The notes beneath the pieces were generated by a model, which worked only from the letters and a program-made list of their open reading frames with translations, had not been told where the DNA came from and made no database searches. The position numbers were made by a program, and so were the translations under genes. A DNA stretch of 64,000 bases from an uncultured Methanosarcinales archaeon (lineage in GTDB: Archaea; Nanobdellota; Nanobdellia; Woesearchaeales; JABMPP01), in NCBI GenBank assembly GCA_964604995.1, contig CAZSAD010000005.1, positions 3,221-67,220 on the forward strand. The letters run 5' to 3'. Positions 56,613 through 64,000 of this stretch are shown here, in pieces. How positions within the stretch are numbered: the stretch's first letter is position 1; each line of letters begins with the position of its first letter.

Positions 56613-59600
56613 CCAAATCCGGACTTGTACTATCCATTGCTTTATGTTGTTCTACTAATTTTTTAGTTTCTTGGATTTTTCCAATATATAAACCAGTTGT
56701 TGCAGCAGCATATGCATAACATTGTGGTTCCCATGCAAGTCCGCCTGTTGGGCAAATTTGCCAAGTCATACCTAAATCTCCAATCAATTCCAATGCCCAT
56801 TTCATAGCATAACTTTTTACATAGTTTAATACTATATTTACCATATATCTTGCAATAACATTTCCCCCACCAGAATACACACATTCAAATTGTTGTTCAT
56901 ATTGATTGCACATTATTGAATTACTATTACCCATAATCGTTTTTTCTTTATTGCATGCTTCAGTAGTTGTTTTAACTACTTTTTTCATTTGGTAATAATT
57001 ATATAATCCAGTAACGCAAGGTGGCAATTGGAACCACGCAAGCCATATATTTGTCCTTGGATCCATATTACTATCCATATAAGATGACCATTTTATTCCA
57101 TCACTAGTTTCATCTTGAGCAGTAGCAGCTTTGGTTAAATCATCCATTGTTCCATCTGCCAGGGCACTAAATCCACTAGCCCATGTACCTCCAGAATCAC
57201 AAGTAAAAGCTGAACACCAATATTTTACAGATGTAACATCCCATGGACTTTTTATTTGCCAATATCCCCACATTGTAGCAAATGCTGAGGTAACAGTTGA
57301 TCCAAATCCAGGAACCCATCCTAATCCTGCTGCAGCAATGGATACTATTTCTAAACTATAAGCGTAATATTTACATCCATCCAATCCAAAATTAACTATC
57401 GGATATAATTCATCAGACCATTTTTTAGCATTTTCAATTTCTTTTTTAATATCTTCAGACATGGGCGAAGTCCTATCTTCTCTAAATCTATTGAACTTAG
57501 AAGTAAGGTCAAAATTAATTGTCGCACTTACATATTCATAATCATTGTAAACATAATTCTTATCTGTGTTTTTTATTGCAACTGTACAAGTTACTTTTAT
57601 TTCATCATTTGTACTTTTTTTCAAGAAATCATCTTTTAATGTTGGCAATTGCACAACAAAATATTTTTGTGTTCTATCTCCATTAATATAAAAATTAGAA
57701 TTATCTACTCCTAATTCTAGTACATCAGGATACTGGGGAGATGTACAATTGATTATATCGGCTAAAGCAATTTTTAAATCAGAAGAAACTCCACTTTTTT
57801 TAGTTAGTGTTAGGGTGTTTCTAATATATAACCCCCCAGTTGCAGAACTTATTGAACTAGACTTAAGAAAATTTCTATTTATAGATGATATTTGAGGGGT
57901 CACTGTAGCAGTCCAATGAGTGCCACTTTGACTAGTTCCACTATCTTTATATTTTAATACACCACAACCCTCAGGTACATTAGCTACATTATTATGAACT
58001 GTGCTTTTTATCATATTTCCTGCTTTATCAGTAACATTAATGGAAAATGTTCCGTACATAGATGAGCCATTTTCACACTCTGTAATCTGTGTTGTCCAAG
58101 GGTTGTATGCTCCAAATTCCCATTGACAAACCCATTTGTTATTTTCTGTTGATTTGCAACCACAATCTGAACACATTGAAATAGAAGGAGATGAAATTTC
58201 ATTCAATCCTCTTGAATTCATAATTGCTTTAAGTGGTAAAAATGTATTTGTTTCATCAATTCCAAATCCTGTTGCACTAGATTCATCAATATATATAATT
58301 ACATCTACTGCTTGAAATCTAATTGGATCAATAAGTGAAGGGTCTTTATTAACAACTTCAATTTTAGTTACTTTTGGATAAGTAATATCTACAGAAAATG
58401 TTTTTGGTAGGGTTATGGGAGTTACTGCAAAATCATCTTGTACACTTAATTCTATATTAACATTCTCTCCAGTTGAATCGCTAATTCCCAATTCTGATGC
58501 ACTAAATCCAACTGGTTTAGAAACAGTTCCTTCTCTATAAAACATTAAATTATATTTTCCATTTGATGTGCTAGGGAATACATAAATTAATGCATTTGCG
58601 GGAATAGATGTGATCCCTACTTTCAATTTAATTTTATCACCATTATAATTTCCAATAGGTGTTAATTTAACAGCACTAATTGTTGCGAAAAATACATTGT
58701 CTTTATCTTTTATCCAATTGCCATTTTTTGTTTTAATTTCATCTATTGTTGAAGTTTTTGTTGTTTCTACTTTCAATTCTTTACTTTGATTATTTCCTGC
58801 ATTATCAACAAAATTAACATAAACATCTTTTCCAAAACAATTTGATGATGTAGCTCCAGCATTTGTCCAAGTGCATTTAACTTTGGTATTTGTTTCATCT
58901 ACATAAGCGCATTCAGTAGCTTGTACTCCACTTGCAGAAAGTTCACATTCACTTGGTCCATTCAAATAAACATTCCACCCATATCCTCCGCTTGTTTTAT
59001 TGTATAAAATACCTGAACCAGCAGTAGAATCCTGTGCTATTGCTTCAACATCCATTCCGGAGCCAATTCCTAATGAATCTTTATTTGTTAAAAGAACCGA
59101 ATCTTGTTCAATTGTAGGAACATTAATGTCAATTTTTATTTTGCAGTTATTATTGGTATCATCGCATCCTAAATGAGATGTTTTTGAAAATGTATTTCCT
59201 GCATCATCTTTACTATCAGATGTAACATCAAAAGAAAAGAGTTGTCCATCACTCCCTCCAGAAATATTAACTCCATTAAATGTACATTTGTAAAGACCAG
59301 CACTATTATCAATACAATTTCCACTAATATCCCCATTAGCACTACTAATTCTTACATTATTGTTATTAAATCCACTGCTCCCTTCTTTTGTTAAATCATT
59401 TGGAGTATCATTAATATAAAAATCAAGTTTGTTATTATCTTGTTTAACCCACCCAACAACTGAACTATTTACTCTAACAAGTGTTGGTGCAGTATTATCT
59501 GGCAATGCCTTAGGTAATTCATTTATTGCAAATAATGTTGTATCTAAAACATTTCCTGCAATATCACTTATTTTAACAGTAACTGGATTTGTTTTTATTC

Positions 59601-60747
59601 CAGTATTACTTGTAGTAATATTCCATGTAGCTGTCCACTTATTTTGTACATCTGATACTACAGTTACTACACCATTAACACTCTGTTGAGTTTTACTAAA
59701 ATATGATGCATTCAAAATTGCACTTGGTGGATTGCTTTGTTCTTTAGTAAAATTTGCAATTATTGCTAATACTTCTCCATCTTTAATATAATCTGTAGAA
59801 GTAATAATTGTTCCAGTTGAATCTGTAATTATTTTTTCTGCAGGCTCCATTAATTCTGGAGCTTTAAGATCTAATGTATAAACAGTTTCATCACAAGCAT
59901 CCGAAGTTGTTGCCAAGTCTAATTTATCTTTTGCATTGCCACATATTTTTACATTCCCTTTAAACTCTGTTCCAAAAATATTAACAATGTCTGATTTTGG
60001 AAAAGTAACTGAACTGTTGTTTGGAGGTATACTTGTTATTAAATTACATCCAGAATTTATACTGCTAAGATCTTTTTGCACTTGGATTAATCTAGGAGTT
60101 GTAAGAGAAGTAACACCTTGTTCTATAATATAAATATTAACTTCTTTTATTCCTGCACATTGCATTCCATTAGCACCAGAAAAAGCTTGATCATTTGCAT
60201 TAAAAGGAATCGATAATTTACCATTACTAAACATCAAATAATTATTTGGTGCGACAATTGTTCCAATGCTAAACATAGGAGGCATATCATCAACATAAAA
60301 AGTAAATGGTCTTTGTTTTACAAACCAATTATTTGGAGGAGTTGTATTTGTTAATGGATAGCGATACAATGCGACAAGTTCATTAACATATTGTCCTGCT
60401 GTAAAATAAGGGGATAAAGTATATTCTTTAGAACATGTAAAATAACCTGAATTAATGTTTGACTGAACGCATGGTCCACTTCCAAATAACATCCATTGAC
60501 TTGGCAAATAAAACATTAAATTGTCTTTTGTTACTGTCGTAGCAGATAATTGTGCATCAGCTTTGATAATAAGAGTATCTTGTTTTCCAAGTACATTTCC
60601 TTCTCTTTCAACACCATTTCTTTTGCTGCTTATTGCAATATTATCATATAAATCATCAGCCATAACTTTAGAAATATAAATTGGCATACTAATAACTAAT
60701 AAACTTATAAATATAGCAATTCCTTTTAACCCACGCATTCTACTCAC
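56524..60747 (-). CDS. Large (1407 aa) secreted protein, Cys-rich C-terminus, probable Ig-like/beta-rich domains
   Basis: Signal peptide MSRMRGLKGIAIFISLLVISMPIYISKVMA. Confidence 0.6.
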   Translation of the reverse strand: MSRMRGLKGIAIFISLLVISMPIYISKVMADDLYDNIAISSKRNGVEREGNVLGKQDTLIIKADAQLSATTVTKDNLMFYLPSQWMLFGSGPCVQSNINSGYFTCSKEYTLSPYFTAGQYVNELVALYRYPLTNTTPPNNWFVKQRPFTFYVDDMPPMFSIGTIVAPNNYLMFSNGKLSIPFNANDQAFSGANGMQCAGIKEVNIYIIEQGVTSLTTPRLIQVQKDLSSINSGCNLITSIPPNNSSVTFPKSDIVNIFGTEFKGNVKICGNAKDKLDLATTSDACDETVYTLDLKAPELMEPAEKIITDSTGTIITSTDYIKDGEVLAIIANFTKEQSNPPSAILNASYFSKTQQSVNGVVTVVSDVQNKWTATWNITTSNTGIKTNPVTVKISDIAGNVLDTTLFAINELPKALPDNTAPTLVRVNSSVVGWVKQDNNKLDFYINDTPNDLTKEGSSGFNNNNVRISSANGDISGNCIDNSAGLYKCTFNGVNISGGSDGQLFSFDVTSDSKDDAGNTFSKTSHLGCDDTNNNCKIKIDINVPTIEQDSVLLTNKDSLGIGSGMDVEAIAQDSTAGSGILYNKTSGGYGWNVYLNGPSECELSASGVQATECAYVDETNTKVKCTWTNAGATSSNCFGKDVYVNFVDNAGNNQSKELKVETTKTSTIDEIKTKNGNWIKDKDNVFFATISAVKLTPIGNYNGDKIKLKVGITSIPANALIYVFPSTSNGKYNLMFYREGTVSKPVGFSASELGISDSTGENVNIELSVQDDFAVTPITLPKTFSVDITYPKVTKIEVVNKDPSLIDPIRFQAVDVIIYIDESSATGFGIDETNTFLPLKAIMNSRGLNEISSPSISMCSDCGCKSTENNKWVCQWEFGAYNPWTTQITECENGSSMYGTFSINVTDKAGNMIKSTVHNNVANVPEGCGVLKYKDSGTSQSGTHWTATVTPQISSINRNFLKSSSISSATGGLYIRNTLTLTKKSGVSSDLKIALADIINCTSPQYPDVLELGVDNSNFYINGDRTQKYFVVQLPTLKDDFLKKSTNDEIKVTCTVAIKNTDKNYVYNDYEYVSATINFDLTSKFNRFREDRTSPMSEDIKKEIENAKKWSDELYPIVNFGLDGCKYYAYSLEIVSIAAAGLGWVPGFGSTVTSAFATMWGYWQIKSPWDVTSVKYWCSAFTCDSGGTWASGFSALADGTMDDLTKAATAQDETSDGIKWSSYMDSNMDPRTNIWLAWFQLPPCVTGLYNYYQMKKVVKTTTEACNKEKTIMGNSNSIMCNQYEQQFECVYSGGGNVIARYMVNIVLNYVKSYAMKWALELIGDLGMTWQICPTGGLAWEPQCYAYAAATTGLYIGKIQETKKLVEQHKAMDSTSPDLGGNNNNQNVDCTTNPDECYDTCDDYGNNC

Positions 60748-60847
60748 ATCTGTTCTCTACAACTATATATATTTTTTCATATATGGTCATAGTAACTAAA
60801 TATTTCCGTTATCCCTTTTTTAATTGGTGAACTTGAAATAAAACTAA

Positions 60848-63800
60848 TTATGTAGATACAATTACACAGTCATTAGTCACACCATTCAATGTACAAAACA
60901 CATTTGTTTGTAAATTTTCATAAACTTGCACATCTTGTTTAGTTGCCACGTTTATATTGCATTGAACTTTAACTGTGTATTGTTCAGTATTAAGTAGATA
61001 ATTATGTGCAGTAAAAGCACTTGGTGTTTCTTCATTATTAATATAAATCGCACAATTTTGCGGTGTCGAATCAATATACAAATATCCTTGGGAAATTGGT
61101 GTTAATTGCACTTCAATTGATGTTGTTTGACCATTCGAAATAGTAAAAATTTCAAGTGGAGCAATATATCCTGTCTTATTAACAGTTACATTATGTTCTC
61201 CAATATCTAAAACAAAAGAATGAGGCGTAGGTGTATTCTGGTTTATATCATCTAAAATAATATTAGCATCAGTTGGGGTTGTTCCTACTATTGCAGTTAC
61301 TTCTAGTGTCCCAGTGTTGGTTGGAAGCAAATTAGTCTCAAAAGTAGTTGTCTCTCCTTTTGTGATTGATGCAATTCCGCTATAAGGTATATAACCCTCT
61401 TTAGTAACTTTTATTTCATAATTTCCGGGAGGCATATTATTTAAAATAAAAGAATCTCCTATTGATGCATCTCCCCTATAAACATTACCAACATAAACTT
61501 TAGAATCATCTACATTAGATGTTATTTCTAAAACAGTTGAAACATCAGGATTCATAACAAGTCTTAATCTAGATGTTATTTGTGGATAAATTGCATTCAT
61601 TTTATCAAAACTAAGACTTGATAATGTATAATTCCCAACTGTTCCTGTGCAGTTTAATGTTTGATTATTATATCTATAAATAGAATCGCATATGTAAGTT
61701 GTTAAATTATCATAACTAACAATTACATATTTATCTCCAGTAGCACTTGCATCTTTAAATCTAACTGCGCCAGTAATTGTTTTATTCATTACATGCACTG
61801 TGTAATATCTATCATATTCAAATATTTCAGTTGGAACATCTCTTCTTTGTGTAAAAAGTGATTGAATAAATCCCATTATACTTTTAACAGGATTTGATAA
61901 GAATTGTACAAATGCTCCCCATCTTGAAGCTTTTAATAATTCCATTCCATCTTTATTGTAAACTACAATTTTTGTGTAATTGTCATACCATAATTTATTT
62001 TCAGATGTGCAAGCTTCAAATCCATCTGTTCCTTTTCCCTCGCAAATATGCTCATAACTTGGTCCCAATGTCATTTTTAGATATTCATTAATATTGGTAT
62101 TGTTATTAAGTGAAGTGCCAACAGCAACTCTTCTTTCATAATTATTATTTGGAGAATAATATTGCAGTACACAGAATTTATTTACTGGAATGCCTGGTTT
62201 GTCACTCACACCTTCTTTAAAATATTGTGCAATTGTTTGTTCACCACTTGGATTATTATCTAAATAATTTAAAGTTAAATTATAATTATCACAATGCAAG
62301 CTAAAGTTTTTGATGCTTCCACCTTCAGCACTGTATGAAAAATTCATTAATTCGCTTGCAAGAAGTGCAGTTCTTGTTGTCCAGTTTCCATTCAAGCAAT
62401 ATTTATCTTGGACAAATCTAAAATTATTTGTTGTACAATTTCTTGGATCAAGATACATTTGTTTAAAAACACCCCAACTCTCAACATTTACTGGGGGAGT
62501 TGATCCAAAATAAGATTTATATGATTCTTCTGAAACATAGCATTGCCAATCATAAGAGCAATAAGCATATGATTTATCAGTCCAATCATATCTTCTTGAT
62601 GCATTTGTCCAGTTTCCAGCAGTGCAGATAAACAAATAACTATCTGGATTTGTATTAACATTATTGTTGTAAGGCGGGAATGAATAATTTAACATTGTAT
62701 AATTGCCTTGGCAAGATTGTCCATTCCAACACGAATTAGTGTCATAACAACAGCTGCTAATTGATGGCTGGTTATATAATGCATACTCATTTTGTCTGAA
62801 GAATGGCTGCAATGTGCTAGGCACATAAGAATCAGTATAATCACTAAATACGCAACTAGAATAATTTACAAATCTATAAGTTAAATCTTTCCATAAGAAC
62901 TCATCAACTTTATGGTTATTGTATAAAAGTGATTGATAATGTGTTACAAATATACCATAACCTTTACCAGATAATGATGTTAAATTTGTACAATTTAAAA
63001 CTCTTCCAATTTCACTATTTGGAATTCCTAAATTATTAACACTAACATTACCATATACTGCACTGCAAACTTCTTGTGTGGGGAGTATATCATATAAAAT
63101 TGAAGTATAATTTGTTGTTGCATTAATTCTTTCCCTTATTCCTTCAACTTTGGTTTTAAAGTTTTTGCTTAATCTATTATCTTGTCTATAAAATATTGTC
63201 TCAAAATTCTTTGTTTTATTTATCATATATTTTAAGCCAGTTTTATTGTCAAATGTTTGCGGGAGTAAACTATTATTATTTCTAAATCCTAAAAGTCTTA
63301 AGAACCAATCCCATAATCTTTGGATAAAGTTCAACCCAGTTGGAACTTGCATAGTTTCATCATTTGTAACAATCATGATTTGATAATTTTCATTCCAAAA
63401 TACTTTTTTAATTGTTCCAGTGTAATTAAATACTAATGGTTCATTTGGTGGTAAAATACACTCTTCTATTGGGGTGGGTGGAATATTGTTATCATCATAA
63501 CAATTTGCCCAAAGTCCAAGTGCAATAAAAGTAAATCTTCCAGGTAAATTATTATAATAATTTAATTCAGGATTTGGTGTACTTGTAAAATTATTTGGTG
63601 TCAAACCAATAAGATATTTTTTAGTGTCTAAATTATAAAGCGTACAAATTGGACCAACTGTTAATTTAGAAAGTTCAGATGAATTTTCACATTCAATTGT
63701 ATAATTGGAGTTTGCAGTATATTTATTATCATTAAATTGTAAAAGTGTAAGTGCAATCAAATGTGTTTTTGTTGTCCAGTTTCCTTCAAGACAATAATAA

Positions 63801-63964
63801 TTTCCAGTTACGAAATTATTATCTTGGCAAACATTTCCATCCCAGCAAGATGTTTGATTAATGCAATAGCCATAATTTGTAAAATCATATTTTTCTTTTT
63901 TGTAAACTCTATCCCAATCTGAATAATTCATAACAAAATCATTTGCACCTGTGCCATACTTCAT
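60848..63964 (-). CDS. Large surface protein (at least 1038 aa) with repeated C..GNWT modules and a PEGA-like domain; probably continues upstream beyond the window
   Basis: YYCLEGNWTTKTHL, KYCLNGNWTTRTALL and FICTAGNWTNASRRY recur. PEGA-like NVYRGDASIGDSFILNNMPPGNYEIKVTKEGYIPYS. Frame is open from 63965 to 64000 and there is no signal peptide at MKYGTG. Confidence 0.55.
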   Translation of the reverse strand: MKYGTGANDFVMNYSDWDRVYKKEKYDFTNYGYCINQTSCWDGNVCQDNNFVTGNYYCLEGNWTTKTHLIALTLLQFNDNKYTANSNYTIECENSSELSKLTVGPICTLYNLDTKKYLIGLTPNNFTSTPNPELNYYNNLPGRFTFIALGLWANCYDDNNIPPTPIEECILPPNEPLVFNYTGTIKKVFWNENYQIMIVTNDETMQVPTGLNFIQRLWDWFLRLLGFRNNNSLLPQTFDNKTGLKYMINKTKNFETIFYRQDNRLSKNFKTKVEGIRERINATTNYTSILYDILPTQEVCSAVYGNVSVNNLGIPNSEIGRVLNCTNLTSLSGKGYGIFVTHYQSLLYNNHKVDEFLWKDLTYRFVNYSSCVFSDYTDSYVPSTLQPFFRQNEYALYNQPSISSCCYDTNSCWNGQSCQGNYTMLNYSFPPYNNNVNTNPDSYLFICTAGNWTNASRRYDWTDKSYAYCSYDWQCYVSEESYKSYFGSTPPVNVESWGVFKQMYLDPRNCTTNNFRFVQDKYCLNGNWTTRTALLASELMNFSYSAEGGSIKNFSLHCDNYNLTLNYLDNNPSGEQTIAQYFKEGVSDKPGIPVNKFCVLQYYSPNNNYERRVAVGTSLNNNTNINEYLKMTLGPSYEHICEGKGTDGFEACTSENKLWYDNYTKIVVYNKDGMELLKASRWGAFVQFLSNPVKSIMGFIQSLFTQRRDVPTEIFEYDRYYTVHVMNKTITGAVRFKDASATGDKYVIVSYDNLTTYICDSIYRYNNQTLNCTGTVGNYTLSSLSFDKMNAIYPQITSRLRLVMNPDVSTVLEITSNVDDSKVYVGNVYRGDASIGDSFILNNMPPGNYEIKVTKEGYIPYSGIASITKGETTTFETNLLPTNTGTLEVTAIVGTTPTDANIILDDINQNTPTPHSFVLDIGEHNVTVNKTGYIAPLEIFTISNGQTTSIEVQLTPISQGYLYIDSTPQNCAIYINNEETPSAFTAHNYLLNTEQYTVKVQCNINVATKQDVQVYENLQTNVFCTLNGVTNDCVIVST

Positions 63965-64000
63965 TTTTTTGCTTTGTCTACAAATATAACTTTGTTCCGG

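Noticed and set aside
1-64000. Looked for CRISPR arrays, meaning regularly spaced 25-40 nt direct repeats
   Set aside because: No short, regularly spaced exact repeats seen. The only tandem repeats are in-frame coding duplications (177 nt x2, ~315 nt x3, ~1750 nt x2).

Overview
AT-rich (roughly 30% GC by eye) window from an archaeon with a small-genome, DPANN-like gene content. Archaeal markers: aIF2-gamma with zinc ribbon, ribosomal proteins S6e and L10e, a NOG1-family GTPase, and many proteins with class III (prepilin-like) signal peptides of the form KRGQAALEFLMTYGW. Many starts are preceded by GGTGA/GAGG Shine-Dalgarno-like motifs. The window has three parts. (i) 1-6195: a same-strand cluster of at least six type IV pilin-like genes, including tandem paralogs with conserved termini and a divergent core. 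(ii) 6219-33803: a three-gene unit on the + strand. It encodes a 5716-aa secreted giant protein with three complete subtilisin (S8) modules, then a 3043-aa giant protein ending in a gingipain-like (C25) cysteine-peptidase domain, then a 412-aa type-I membrane protein that shares a small 4-Cys module with the first giant. This is the most unusual content and a candidate undescribed cell-surface proteolytic or host-interaction system. Both giant genes carry recent intragenic duplications, one set showing a mosaic pattern that suggests gene conversion. (iii) 33813-51829: housekeeping genes (NOG1 GTPase, rpS6e, aIF2-gamma, MscS, rpL10e, a bacterial-type triosephosphate isomerase, a SAM methyltransferase, an agmatine-deiminase-family enzyme) interspersed with more pilin-like and small membrane proteins. 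Then 51841-64000: a second, minus-strand island of large secreted or pilin-like proteins containing a perfect 177-nt tandem duplication and a C8 homopolymer. No rRNA, tRNA, CRISPR array, transposase or integrase was recognised. All assignments come from motif reading and recall, not database searches.
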